DNA from: Betaproteobacteria bacterium Ga0074130
GTDB lineage: Bacteria; Pseudomonadota; Gammaproteobacteria; Burkholderiales; Rhodocyclaceae
DNA: 64,000 bases
NCBI GenBank assembly: GCA_001464495.1
Contig: LNDZ01000029.1
Span: 15,455-79,454, forward strand
Direction of reading: 5' to 3'
The position numbers and the translations under genes are program-made. This document shows, piece by piece, positions 11,571 to 21,261 of this stretch (position 1 is the stretch's first letter; every line of letters starts with the position of its first letter). The notes beneath the pieces are model-generated. The model ran no database searches. It had not been told where the DNA came from and worked only from the letters and a program-made list of their open reading frames with translations.

Positions 11571-12683
11571 TTAGCAATCGAGCAATACCGGGGACTTATC
11601 AGGCGCGGCCAGCAAGCTTTTGAGCGCGTCTTTGACGCGTTGCACCTCTAGGTACTCAAGACAGTCGCTGAGGCTATTCACATGACGATCACAGCCTTCC
11701 AGCAGGCAAGGTACACAGCTGCCCTGCCCCTGAAGCAAAAAGACATTCCCCTGTCGTCCACTGCCGACGCGTGACCACGGGCTGGTGGGTTCTGTCCTGT
11801 TGGCAGGCCACGGCCCCCACTTGACCGGATTCGATGGACCAAACAGTGCCAGCGTAGGCGTGCCACTGGCAGCCGCCATATGCGTAACCACCGTATCTGG
11901 CCCCACATAAAATGCGGCGTGTTTCAACAATGCACTGGTGTGCGCTAAGGACAATTGTCCCGCCAGATTGCGGCTATTGAACGATAGCTGAGCCTGAATC
12001 GCTGCGACATAGGCTAGTTCATCTGCATCACTGCCACCACTGAATACGACACTCAAGCCGCATGCATGCAGCCATTCGGCCAACTCGACCCAAGCGTGTT
12101 GGCGCCACATTTTGTAGCGGAACTTAGGGCAGGGGTGGAGTACTACATATGGCACATCAGGCAGGCTGGCAGTGAAAGCGGCTTGCGCAGCCACATCAAG
12201 CTGAGGCAAGACCACCTGCATGCGCGCTGGGATCTCCAGCAGCAGGAGTAGTTGCGCCTGCATGGACACCGTGTGCGTATCCAAATCATCAAAACTGACG
12301 TGCCGATCTAGCAGGAAGGCCTTGCGCTGCTCGCCCTGCTGCGGGGTCAGAAAGCCAACACGGAAACGCCCACCAATCCAGGCGGACAGACGTGAACGAT
12401 CAGTCGGCATCGCGGCCACGGCAATATCGTAACGACGCCACAAGCCAAACGCCTCCCGCACCTTGCTCCACAGGGAAGCGCGCTGAACCTGCACCAACAC
12501 TTGCCGAATATCTGGATTGCCGGTCAGCACTGATTCCGTCCCTCGCAACACCAGCACATCAATGGCAGCCGCTGGCCAAGCTTGCTTGAGCGAGTGAATC
12601 AAGGCTGTAGTCAATAGTACATCGCCAAGGCGTTGCGGACATGTCACCAGAATCTGACGAGGATTGGTAGGAAGGGGCTTCAC
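11571..12683 (-). CDS. Glycosyltransferase family 9 (LPS heptosyltransferase-like)
   Basis: The N-terminus ILVTCPQRLGDVLLTTALIHSLKQAWP is typical of heptosyltransferases (RfaC/RfaF/RfaQ-like). It sits in an LPS-core context next to msbA. Confidence 0.7.
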   Translation of the reverse strand: MKPLPTNPRQILVTCPQRLGDVLLTTALIHSLKQAWPAAAIDVLVLRGTESVLTGNPDIRQVLVQVQRASLWSKVREAFGLWRRYDIAVAAMPTDRSRLSAWIGGRFRVGFLTPQQGEQRKAFLLDRHVSFDDLDTHTVSMQAQLLLLLEIPARMQVVLPQLDVAAQAAFTASLPDVPYVVLHPCPKFRYKMWRQHAWVELAEWLHACGLSVVFSGGSDADELAYVAAIQAQLSFNSRNLAGQLSLAHTSALLKHAAFYVGPDTVVTHMAAASGTPTLALFGPSNPVKWGPWPANRTEPTSPWSRVGSGRQGNVFLLQGQGSCVPCLLEGCDRHVNSLSDCLEYLEVQRVKDALKSLLAAPDKSPVLLDC

Positions 12684-12765
12684 AATGGGGCTGGCGTCAC
12701 AGGTAGGGGGTGGGTTTGACTATAATGCGCGATCACTTCGCCGCAGGCAAAACAAGTAGACTGAT

Positions 12766-13689
12766 ATGCCCAAGCTATACATTGACGAGTTTGTCGGAGT
12801 TTCCAATCGACTCGAAGTTTTGCCGCTGGCATTTGCCATACGCCAAGCCTACGGCCATGAAATTATCCTCGATTGGCACGAGCTTGACTCATTTTCTGTG
12901 GATGACACGCGCCGCGGCAAGGTACGCGTGTTGGCCCGTATCGGGGCAGAACGCATCCGTAACTGCGATGCGGCCACCTTTGCACGGCTTGCTGGACAGA
13001 AAATCATTCTGCGCTCACTGGATGGGCCTGAAGATGTCTTGGCCCCAATTTACCTCGAAGCCGCTCGCAAGATCCATCTGGCACCGCATCTCGCTGCCGC
13101 TATTCGCACCACATTCGCCAGTCGTCAGGGGCGTCCGATTGTCGGCGTGCATATCCGCCAAGGCGATTACGAGCTGGAAAACCCCGATTGCTACCAGATC
13201 GGCAAAGAATGGCCAGCGGTGCCCGTATGGTGGTACGAAGAAACCATGGCGCGCATTGCGAAGGCGCAGCCAGATGTGAGCTTTTTCCTGTCATGCACGG
13301 GTGACCCGGCAGCCTTCAGCAATCTGCACGCACGCTTCGACACTTTCAGTCTCGACACGCTATCCCACTATGACTACAAGGGCCCGGATCATCGCTCCAC
13401 GGTAAATCCGGTTGCGGATCTGTTTGCCCTAGCCTGCTGCCCAACATTGTTGGCAACGCCCATCTCCGGTTATTCACACTGGGCAGCCAACGTCCTTGGC
13501 TCCCCCAGCAGCTGCATCGTGCCACTGCCTGGCGCAACACGCGAGTCGCCTCTGGCCGGCTTGGTCGAGCTCTACGGACAACGTATGCCGCGCTGGCGGA
13601 CTGCCGGCAGGACCGGCAGCGACACAACTGCCATCCATGATCTCGCGACGCTGAATCTCGCTCAGCCCGCACACACAGACTGGCTGTAA
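12766..13689 (+). CDS. Hypothetical protein, possible glycosyltransferase (fucosyltransferase-like HxRxGDY motif)
   Basis: This 307-aa ORF lies between a GT9 gene and an O-antigen ligase gene. It contains VGVHIRQGDYE, which resembles motif I (HxRRGDY) of GT11-type alpha-1,2-fucosyltransferases. I recognise no other family motif. Confidence 0.35.
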   Translation: MPKLYIDEFVGVSNRLEVLPLAFAIRQAYGHEIILDWHELDSFSVDDTRRGKVRVLARIGAERIRNCDAATFARLAGQKIILRSLDGPEDVLAPIYLEAARKIHLAPHLAAAIRTTFASRQGRPIVGVHIRQGDYELENPDCYQIGKEWPAVPVWWYEETMARIAKAQPDVSFFLSCTGDPAAFSNLHARFDTFSLDTLSHYDYKGPDHRSTVNPVADLFALACCPTLLATPISGYSHWAANVLGSPSSCIVPLPGATRESPLAGLVELYGQRMPRWRTAGRTGSDTTAIHDLATLNLAQPAHTDWL

Positions 13690-13694
13690 CTCCT

Positions 13695-14903
13695 ATGAAT
13701 ATCACCCTACTCAATCAGCGCGCCCGCAGTGTTGCCGTATGGGGGCTGGCCGCTCTGGGCTTCGCACTGCCGCTTACACCTGCGCTTGCAAACTTGATGC
13801 TGCTGCTTGTTGTTGTTAGCTGGTTGCTTAGTGGTCACTGGCAGGAAAAATGGGCCGTTATCAAGACATCGGCCGCCGCCAAGGCGGCAGGGCTTTTTTA
13901 TGGCCTTGTACTGATCGGCATGCTCTATGGTGTCAACGATGACAGTACGCACTATGCAAGCAAATACGCTTCAATATTCATTCTGCCCATCATTCTGACC
14001 TTGCAGCTCAGCGCAGAAGAAAAATGGCGTGCGATTGGTGGCTTTTGTGCAGCCATGGTACTGACCTTATTTCTCTCTATGCTGATTTGGCTTGAGTGGC
14101 TCCCTATCGGCTTATTCAAGAATACGCACCCGACCAATCCCATCGTCTTCAAGTTGCACATCACGCATGGATTCTTCATGATATTGGCGGCCTTCTTCCT
14201 GTATGTCGCCGCACTACGCTTACCAGACAACCTACGGCGATATGGCATTTTGCTTCTTGTTTTCTTGGCTATCAGCAACGCACTCTTCATGATCCAGGGG
14301 CGAACAGGCCAAATGGCGCTACTCGGCTTGCTGGTTTTCCTATTCCATATGCGATTCCCACGTTACGGCTTGTTAATTGGACTTATCGCAAGTATCGGGT
14401 TAGCCAGCGTTGCTTACATTGCATCGCCAAGCTTCAAACTACGCACTGATACCGCAATCAGTGAAGGCTTAAACTGGTCAACCACTCGCGGCGATCAGTC
14501 TTCTTCCATTGGTATGCGCTTTGACTACTATGCAACCTCTCTCGCCATCATCAAGCAGCATCCGATTATCGGTGTCGGGACTGATGGCTTTCCTAAAGCA
14601 TATGAAGCGCAAATTGTCGGCACACCGCTCCCCCCATCCAACAATCCGCACAACCAGTATTTGCTGATAGCCGCGCAATACGGATTGATTGGGTTAGGTG
14701 TTCTGTTTTTTTTCTATTTCAGCTGCTGGCGGCAGGCGCTTGCGCAGCCGCAACCTTTCGTTGTGATGGCCATAGGGGTGCTTATCGCCTTCCTGATCGG
14801 CAATCTATTCAACTCTTTTATGCTTGACCTAGCGGAGCGGTTGATGTTTGTCTGGGCCATGGGGGTATTGCTGTCATCAGCCCCACCTAATCACACACAC
14901 TGA
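13695..14903 (+). CDS. O-antigen ligase family (WaaL/Wzy_C-like) membrane protein
   Basis: The 402-aa protein has about 10-12 hydrophobic segments. A large loop is followed by PHNQYLLIAAQYGLIGL, typical of the O-antigen ligase/Wzy_C domain. Confidence 0.7.
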   Translation: MNITLLNQRARSVAVWGLAALGFALPLTPALANLMLLLVVVSWLLSGHWQEKWAVIKTSAAAKAAGLFYGLVLIGMLYGVNDDSTHYASKYASIFILPIILTLQLSAEEKWRAIGGFCAAMVLTLFLSMLIWLEWLPIGLFKNTHPTNPIVFKLHITHGFFMILAAFFLYVAALRLPDNLRRYGILLLVFLAISNALFMIQGRTGQMALLGLLVFLFHMRFPRYGLLIGLIASIGLASVAYIASPSFKLRTDTAISEGLNWSTTRGDQSSSIGMRFDYYATSLAIIKQHPIIGVGTDGFPKAYEAQIVGTPLPPSNNPHNQYLLIAAQYGLIGLGVLFFFYFSCWRQALAQPQPFVVMAIGVLIAFLIGNLFNSFMLDLAERLMFVWAMGVLLSSAPPNHTH

Positions 14904-16012
14904 TGGCTGAAATACGTCGCGTCCTGTTCACGGAAAGCTCGCCAAATATCGGCGGACAAGAGCTGCAATTACTGGCGCAAGCCAAGGGTTTGCAACACCT
15001 CGGTATCGAGACTCGGCTGGTATGTCGCCCCAATAGCCGTATCAGTACAGTTGCCACTGAAGGACAGATCAGCGTCACTCACCTGTCCTTTCGTAACAGC
15101 CTGCATCCGCCGAGCATTTTGGGTTTGCGGCGCATCATCACCGAGTTCTCGCCGGATGCGGTCATCTCACACAGCGGTCACGATGCCAACACTGCTGCAC
15201 TCGCGGCAAGGCTGTTTTTTAAGCGCCCGCTCTTGGTCAGATCACGTACATATCAACCAGGGCAACCTCATGCGTTCACTTACAACACGCTCTTCGATCT
15301 GACGCTGGTTCCTAGCGCGTTCCTTAAGCATTTGCTCCTGCGCAACCCGAAAATCAAACCAGAACGTATCAGTGTGCTCTACCCGGGCATTCCGTTCGAA
15401 CACAACGACGCGCGTAGCCAGGAAAATGTATCGCCCGAATTACTGGCGCAACTCGGGGGGGGAACTCGCAAGCTACTCGTGCATGCGGCCATGCTGCGCA
15501 GTGAAAAAGGGCATCACACTATCCTGCAAGCACTCCCGGGGCTTGTGCAAAAATTTCCTGATCTTTGCTATGTGATTGCGGGAGAAGGAGAGTTGGATGC
15601 TGTGTTGAAACGGGAAGTGGCGGAGCGACAACTAGAAGCACACGTACTGTTTTTTGGCATGGTCAGTGCAGTCCCTGCCCTGATGCGACAGGCAACCCTG
15701 GTCCTCATGCCATCCACCTATGAGCCTCTTGGCATGTCGCAAATTGAGGCGTTAGGGCTTGGTATTCCTGTTGTTGCCAGCGATACGGGGGGTATTCCAG
15801 AAACGATTGTGGATGGCAAAACCGGCTTGCTGGCAGCGCCCGAAGATGTCACCGCTTGGCAGGCTAAGCTGGATTGGGCACTCAACCATCCTGAAGAAAT
15901 GCAGGCCATGGCGGCATTGGGCAAGGAAACCGTACGCGCACAATTCTCGATGGACGGAAATCTGCGGCAACTGCTTGCGTACTTGCAACCCGCTGCAAGC
16001 GCCCCTCACTGA
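14903..16012 (+). CDS. Glycosyltransferase family 4 (GT-B, EX7E motif)
   Basis: The C-terminal motif is LMPSTYEPLGMSQIEALGLGIPVVASDTGGIPETIVDGKTGLL. The start overlaps the stop of the ligase gene. Confidence 0.8.
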   Translation: MAEIRRVLFTESSPNIGGQELQLLAQAKGLQHLGIETRLVCRPNSRISTVATEGQISVTHLSFRNSLHPPSILGLRRIITEFSPDAVISHSGHDANTAALAARLFFKRPLLVRSRTYQPGQPHAFTYNTLFDLTLVPSAFLKHLLLRNPKIKPERISVLYPGIPFEHNDARSQENVSPELLAQLGGGTRKLLVHAAMLRSEKGHHTILQALPGLVQKFPDLCYVIAGEGELDAVLKREVAERQLEAHVLFFGMVSAVPALMRQATLVLMPSTYEPLGMSQIEALGLGIPVVASDTGGIPETIVDGKTGLLAAPEDVTAWQAKLDWALNHPEEMQAMAALGKETVRAQFSMDGNLRQLLAYLQPAASAPH

Positions 16013-16013
16013 C

Positions 16014-16556
16014 TCAAGGCAACAAGCGCCATCCGGCAGGCGCCGCACTGTTGTGCTCAAGACACACGATGCCTAAATGAGCGAACGACATTCCAAGCCA
16101 CTGCGACTCAGGCAAGCTCAATAGCTGGGCGCACACCAGCTTCATCACCCCCGCATGCGTGACCCATAGGCAGTCGGCGTTGAGCGCATTGAGCGCCTCG
16201 GCAACCCTCATCTGCATCATGGCCACACTTTCGCCGCCATGGCTCGCATAAGTCAATGGTGCTGCTGCCCAGGCATCCAGCTCATCACGCGGAATCTGGT
16301 CCCACGCTTGCATCTCCCAGCGTCCAAAATCGAGCTCGCGCAAACGCGAATCGATGCGAGCGGAAGGGGATAACGCTGCCGCCAGCTCATGGCAGCGGCG
16401 CAGTGGGCTTGAATGAACGGGTAATCCCGCTGGCAAGGCAGCCCGCAAACCAGCCAGAGACGTCTCCCAGCCAGCATACAGGGGCAGGTCGCTACTGCCG
16501 TAACACACCCCGGCATCAACGGCGACAGCTGGATGTCTTACCAGGTAAAGACGCAC
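16014..16556 (-). CDS. cobC: Histidine phosphatase family protein, probable alpha-ribazole phosphatase (CobC)
   Basis: The N-terminal LYLVRHP matches the RHG-type catalytic motif of the phosphoglycerate-mutase-like family. It overlaps the cobS 3' end by 19 nt, placing it in the cobT/cobS operon. Confidence 0.6.
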   Translation of the reverse strand: MRLYLVRHPAVAVDAGVCYGSSDLPLYAGWETSLAGLRAALPAGLPVHSSPLRRCHELAAALSPSARIDSRLRELDFGRWEMQAWDQIPRDELDAWAAAPLTYASHGGESVAMMQMRVAEALNALNADCLWVTHAGVMKLVCAQLLSLPESQWLGMSFAHLGIVCLEHNSAAPAGWRLLP

Positions 16557-17305
16557 AACAGACCACAGTAGAACGCCAGCTCACCTAGCTGCTGAGTAGC
16601 ACCAAGGACATCGCCGGTATAGCCCCCAATCCGACGGACACTGTAGCGTGCCCACGCCCACACCACCAACACCTGCAACAGAACAGCACACAGCGCGTTT
16701 TGCCAAGGTAAAAGCAGGCAGGGTAAGAACCCAAACGACCAAACCAAGGCAAGCTCAGCAAACGACATACGGCGCGCCAGCGGCTTGGCCTTGCTGTCCT
16801 CATCGCGCACGTAGTCGAGAGCGTAAATCAGGGTTGCGGCAGCAGCACGCGAACTCGCATGTGCCGCCAGCAAGCCGACCAGTAGCCACTCCTCCAGTTC
16901 CATCAGGGCGTTCCACTTAGCCAGCAATAGCAGCATGATGCCGATGGCACCGTAACTACCGAGACGGGAGTCCTTCATGATGGTCAGGACTTGCGCTTTG
17001 TCCCACCCGCCGCCGAAACCATCGCAGCTATCGGCAAAGCCGTCCTCGTGGAAGGCGCCCGTGACGAGCAGCGTCGCTGCCATGCCCAGCAGGATCGCCA
17101 GCGAAAGCGGCAGCGCCCATGCGGCCAGCCATGTCGCCAGCGCTCCCAACGTACCGACGACAAGACCAACGATGGAAAAGTAGCGCGCTGCATGATCGAG
17201 CTGATCCTGCGAATGCCCGACCCAAGCTGGCACCGGCAAGCGGGTAAAGAATCGCAGGGCGGCAAAAAAATAGCTGGCTTCGCGGCGAATCAAATCAATG
17301 CTCAC
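16538..17305 (-). CDS. cobS: Adenosylcobinamide-GDP ribazoletransferase (cobalamin synthase CobS)
   Basis: This polytopic 255-aa membrane protein carries FFTRLPVP, GAFHEDGFADSCDG and GGYTGDVLGA, the characteristic CobS motifs. Confidence 0.8.
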   Translation of the reverse strand: MSIDLIRREASYFFAALRFFTRLPVPAWVGHSQDQLDHAARYFSIVGLVVGTLGALATWLAAWALPLSLAILLGMAATLLVTGAFHEDGFADSCDGFGGGWDKAQVLTIMKDSRLGSYGAIGIMLLLLAKWNALMELEEWLLVGLLAAHASSRAAAATLIYALDYVRDEDSKAKPLARRMSFAELALVWSFGFLPCLLLPWQNALCAVLLQVLVVWAWARYSVRRIGGYTGDVLGATQQLGELAFYCGLLCVFTW

Positions 17306-17326
17306 AGGACGACAAGCAGCATTTGA

Positions 17327-18127
17327 TCACTCACGATTGGCCAGCAAGCGTCCAAGCAAATCGCTCACCACACTGGCCTCGAAAGGCTTGTCGCAAATGC
17401 CTGATACACCGGCTGCCTCAACCGCTGCCAGTCGGCTGGCATCGGCCTCGCTGGTCACCATCAGGATGGGTACATCCTTCTGCCAGCTGTGCTGCCGAAT
17501 ATGCTGGACCAAGGCCTGTCCATCCATTTCTGGCATGTTGTAATCCGTCACCACCAAATCGACCATTGTGCCGGCCAGCAACTCAACCGCCTTACGTCCA
17601 TTCTCGGCTTCAATAAAATTCGTGATGCCCAAATTTTCCAGCATGCGGCGCATGAAGCGGCGTGCACTACCACTGTCATCAACGAGCAGCACCTTAAGTT
17701 CTTCAGCGCGAAAATCTATCGATGTCGTGTGCTCAAGTGCCAGAAAATCGAGGGTGGTATCAAGCACCTTGCGAAGCTGTGCGGTCGTAAACGGCTTGGG
17801 CAGAAGCCCGCATATGCCGGCTTGACGAACAGGGTCTAAGGCTTGCGGTCGTGTCTCACTCGACACCAGAATGAAGGGGATACCGGCCAGATCGGTTTCC
17901 TCACGCATTGCCAATACAAGATCAAGACCAGACATGTCCGGCAGATAGAGCGCGCTCACTACCACTTCCGGGCGCACCTCGCGCATTTCCGCCAACGCAC
18001 CCCAGCCATTTTCAGCCGTGCGAATACGATCCATGCCCAACTCACGGAAAGCCTTGCTCACCACCTTGGCCTGCATGGCCGACGGCTCAACCAGAAGAAT
18101 ACTTGGATCAGCAAACAGGCTACTCAT
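17327..18127 (-). CDS. Tandem receiver-domain protein (N-terminal pseudo-receiver plus canonical CheY-like receiver), no output domain
   Basis: REC2 is canonical, with LLVDDS, LVVTDYNMPEMDG, MVTSE and CDKPF. REC1 reads LLVEPS and VVVSALYLPDMSG, so Ala sits where the phospho-acceptor Asp is expected, although LPKPF is kept. The gene lies between cobT and cobS. Confidence 0.75.
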   Translation of the reverse strand: MSSLFADPSILLVEPSAMQAKVVSKAFRELGMDRIRTAENGWGALAEMREVRPEVVVSALYLPDMSGLDLVLAMREETDLAGIPFILVSSETRPQALDPVRQAGICGLLPKPFTTAQLRKVLDTTLDFLALEHTTSIDFRAEELKVLLVDDSGSARRFMRRMLENLGITNFIEAENGRKAVELLAGTMVDLVVTDYNMPEMDGQALVQHIRQHSWQKDVPILMVTSEADASRLAAVEAAGVSGICDKPFEASVVSDLLGRLLANRE

Positions 18128-18189
18128 ACGGGGCCTCGCGTCTGTAGCGTGAACGACTTTCCATTGTAGTCGCTTTCAGTTTTACGACT

Positions 18190-19230
18190 TCATGCCTCAC
18201 TGACGCCGGCACTGGCAAAGCTCGCCATCTCGTCCATAAATAAGCATGCCGACTGAAGTAATGGGTAGGCCAGCGCAGCACCCGTACCTTCACCCAACCG
18301 CAGCCCCAGCTGCAGCAAGGGTTCGGCCTGCAGGTACTGCAGCTGTAGGCGGTGTCCGGCCTCAGCAGAGCAATGTGCAAAAATGCAACAGGCGCGCACC
18401 TCCGGCGACAAGCGTGTCGCGACCAGCAAGGCCGAGGTAACGATAAAGCCATCGATCAGTAAGACCATGCGTCGTGCAGCAGCGGCGCGCATGGCCCCGG
18501 CCAGCATGGCAATTTCAAAACCGCCAAAGTGTGCCAGCACCGCTGGCGCATCATCACGCGCAATCTTCGCGCCTGAGAGCGCCTGTGCAAGCAGCGCTTG
18601 CTTACGCTCAAGGCCAGCATCATCAAGGCCGGTGCCCCGCCCAACACACGCTGATAAGGGCGCCCCCGTCAGGCAGTGCGTGATCAATGAGGCTGCCGCC
18701 GTGTTGCCGATACCCATCTCGCCGAAACCGAGCACATTACAGCCGGCGTCATGCAGGCGCGCCACCACATCGGCGCCATGCTGCATGGCTGCTGCACACT
18801 CCTCAGTGGTCATCGCCGCACCGTCCAGATAACTGGCAGTACCGTGCGCAACCTTCACATCAAGCAAGCCCGGGCGCGCACCAAAGTCATGATTCACACC
18901 CGCATCAGCTACGACCAGTTGCATACCGGCCTGTCGGGCAAACACATTGATGGCGGCACCACCGGCGAGAAAATTTTCCACCATCTGCCAGGTCACATCC
19001 TGCGGATAGGCGGAAATCCCCGCGCGGGCAGCGCCATGATCGCCGGCACACACGAGGATATGTGGCTGGCTCAATTGGGGTGTCAGACGCTGCTGAATCA
19101 GGCCGAGCTGCAGGGCTAGGGTTTCCAATTGGCCCAGCGCGCCGAGGGGCTTGGTCTTGCTGTCAATTTTCGCCTGCAGGGCGATGGCAAGTTCTGAAGT
19201 TTCGGTTGCAGGTTGGCTTAAGGAATTCAT
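18190..19230 (-). CDS. cobT: Nicotinate-nucleotide--dimethylbenzimidazole phosphoribosyltransferase (CobT)
   Basis: An internal Met of ORF 18190..19383 gives [10 protein letters not shown]...[12 protein letters not shown]...GEMGIGNT..., the CobT signatures. The upstream 51 codons look like non-coding read-through. Confidence 0.8.
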   Translation of the reverse strand: MNSLSQPATETSELAIALQAKIDSKTKPLGALGQLETLALQLGLIQQRLTPQLSQPHILVCAGDHGAARAGISAYPQDVTWQMVENFLAGGAAINVFARQAGMQLVVADAGVNHDFGARPGLLDVKVAHGTASYLDGAAMTTEECAAAMQHGADVVARLHDAGCNVLGFGEMGIGNTAAASLITHCLTGAPLSACVGRGTGLDDAGLERKQALLAQALSGAKIARDDAPAVLAHFGGFEIAMLAGAMRAAAARRMVLLIDGFIVTSALLVATRLSPEVRACCIFAHCSAEAGHRLQLQYLQAEPLLQLGLRLGEGTGAALAYPLLQSACLFMDEMASFASAGVSEA

Positions 19231-19354
19231 GGTCAGTCGTCTCTTCGTAGAGGCGCTATTGAAGCATGACGAGAATTCACCATGCTGAGTTTCCGGCTGA
19301 GCACACGAATTATTCTTTCCCGACACACTGTGCCGCTCATGGCAGAATCGGACT

Positions 19355-20110
19355 ATGAGCCTGCCTGCCTTGCATGTCACCACCTACAACATCCACAAGG
19401 GCTTCTCGCAATTCAACCGAAGCCTGATGGTGCATGAGTTGCGCGCTCAGTTGCAGGCCCTGAATCCAGATCTCATTTTCCTTCAGGAGGTGCAGGGGCT
19501 GCATGAAAAACATGCGCTGCGTCATCACCAATGGCCCGGCACGCCACAGCACGAGTTCCTCGCCGACGACATCTGGCATCAGGCCTACGCGCAAAACGTG
19601 GTGTATGACCACGGACACCATGGCAACGCCATCCTGTCACGCTTTCCTATCCTGCACAGCCGCAACCAAGATGTGACGCACCTGCGTTTTGAAAAGCGCG
19701 GGCTTCTGCATTGCACGGTGCAACCCGAAGGGTGGACACAAGCCTTGCATTGCGTTTGTGCGCATTTATCACTCTTCGCGGCCAGCCGACGGCGCCAGAT
19801 GGACGCACTCGCCGCGAATATTGAAGAGCTGGTACCTGCTAACGCACCGCTCATCATCGCAGGCGACTTTAACGATTGGCGCAATCAGGCACACCGCCAT
19901 CTGGCGCAGCGCTTGCAGCTGGATGAAGTATTTGCCGGCCCGCATGGCAAGCCAACGCGCAGCTTCCCCGCCGCCATGCCGCTGATGCGCCTTGATCGCA
20001 TCTATGTGCGTGGCTTCCGTGTCGAAAAAGCGACCTTGCATGTGGGCCCCGGTTGGGCGCGCATTTCCGATCATGCCGCACTGTCGGCCTATTTGCAGCC
20101 GCACAGCTGA
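19355..20110 (+). CDS. Endonuclease/exonuclease/phosphatase (EEP) family protein (YbhP-like)
   Basis: The 251-aa protein has TYNIHKG near the N-terminus, IFLQEV, and a C-terminal SDHAAL, all typical of the EEP fold. Its stop overlaps the clsB start. Confidence 0.7.
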   Translation: MSLPALHVTTYNIHKGFSQFNRSLMVHELRAQLQALNPDLIFLQEVQGLHEKHALRHHQWPGTPQHEFLADDIWHQAYAQNVVYDHGHHGNAILSRFPILHSRNQDVTHLRFEKRGLLHCTVQPEGWTQALHCVCAHLSLFAASRRRQMDALAANIEELVPANAPLIIAGDFNDWRNQAHRHLAQRLQLDEVFAGPHGKPTRSFPAAMPLMRLDRIYVRGFRVEKATLHVGPGWARISDHAALSAYLQPHS

Positions 20111-21261
20111 TGTCCCTCATCCCCTTCAGCAGTGGCAACCATGTCCGCCTGTTGCACAGCGGGGAGGCCTTTTTCTCGGCGCTGCTGCAGGCCATCGCTA
20201 CCGCACAGGCTGAAATCCGCCTTGAAACCTACATTTTTGCGACGGATGCTACTGGCCAAAAAATCGCCGACGCATTGAGTGCGGCGGCCCAACGTGGCAT
20301 CAACGTGCATGTCATGGTAGATGGTTTTGGTAGCCCTGACTTCATGCCGGGGCTAGGTGAGCAGATGCGTAGGGCCGGGGTCGAAGTCATGATCTATCGC
20401 CCTGAGCTAGCGCGTTTTCGCATGCGCAAACAACGCTTACGCAGACTGCATCGCAAGCTGGCATGCATTGATGCGGGGGTTGGCTTCATTGGTGGCATCA
20501 ATATCATCGACGATCTGGATGACGCTGGTCGGCCGCGGCTCGACTATACGGTGAGGGTCGAAGGCCCTGTGGTTGCACCGATCCATCACACCATGACACG
20601 CCTGTGGGAGCTGGTGCGATGGGCCAGCCTAGGGCGCCGCTATCGCGCGGCACCTCCGCGCCAAATCACAACGGCAAGTGAAGGGCAGATGCATGCCGCC
20701 TTACTCGTGCGTGACAACCTGCGTCATCGGCGCAGCATTGAAAACGCCTATCTCGATGCCATGCAAAACGCGCAAAATGAGATCTTGATTGCTAATGCCT
20801 ATTTCCTGCCGGGGCGGCGCTTCCGACAGGCGTTGATCGATGCCGCACAACGCGGCGTCAATGTGACCTTGCTGCTCGAAGGTAAAGTCGAGTATCGGCT
20901 GCAGTACTTTGCAACGCTCGCGCTCTACGAACAGATGTTGAGCGCCGGCGTGAACATTTACGAATATCGCCACAGCTTCTTGCATGCGAAGGTCGCGGTC
21001 ATTGACGATGACTGGGCGACTGTGGGCTCATCCAACATTGACCCCTTCAGTCTACTGCTGGCGCGCGAGGCGAATCTCGTCGTGCGCGACAAGGCGTTTG
21101 CTTCATCGCTACGTGCCGATCTCACCCATGCCATTGCAACCGGTGGCGTTAAAATCGAGGGCTGGGTGAAGTTGCCTTGGTACTACCGCCTAGCGGCCTG
21201 GCTTGCCTACGGCACCGTGCGCACCCTGATCGGTCTGGCTGGCTACAGCAAGCTGCACTGA
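20110..21261 (+). CDS. clsB: Cardiolipin synthase ClsB (phospholipase D family, two HKD motifs)
   Basis: The HKD motifs are LHRKLACIDAGVGFIGGIN and LHAKVAVIDDDWATVGSSN. There are no N-terminal TM segments, as in ClsB. The ATG at 20110 overlaps the upstream TGA. Confidence 0.75.
   Translation: MSLIPFSSGNHVRLLHSGEAFFSALLQAIATAQAEIRLETYIFATDATGQKIADALSAAAQRGINVHVMVDGFGSPDFMPGLGEQMRRAGVEVMIYRPELARFRMRKQRLRRLHRKLACIDAGVGFIGGINIIDDLDDAGRPRLDYTVRVEGPVVAPIHHTMTRLWELVRWASLGRRYRAAPPRQITTASEGQMHAALLVRDNLRHRRSIENAYLDAMQNAQNEILIANAYFLPGRRFRQALIDAAQRGVNVTLLLEGKVEYRLQYFATLALYEQMLSAGVNIYEYRHSFLHAKVAVIDDDWATVGSSNIDPFSLLLAREANLVVRDKAFASSLRADLTHAIATGGVKIEGWVKLPWYYRLAAWLAYGTVRTLIGLAGYSKLH

Noticed and set aside
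12710-13279. ORF 12710..13279 (+, 189 aa), which overlaps the start of the 12766..13689 gene in another frame.
   Set aside because: It is shorter and has an Arg/Trp/Cys-rich composition. It is out of frame with the longer ORF, which has sensible composition and an HxRxGDY motif. I kept only the 307-aa frame.
19231-19354. A possible cobalamin riboswitch in front of cobT, since B12 salvage operons often have one.
   Set aside because: Only 124 nt separate the cobT ATG from the divergent EEP gene, too short for a riboswitch of about 200 nt plus a promoter. On the cobT strand I see GGGAAAG and GGTGAATTC fragments, but no B12 box (GCCACTG-type core) and no convincing multi-stem architecture. An Rfam cmscan on 19200-19450 would settle it.
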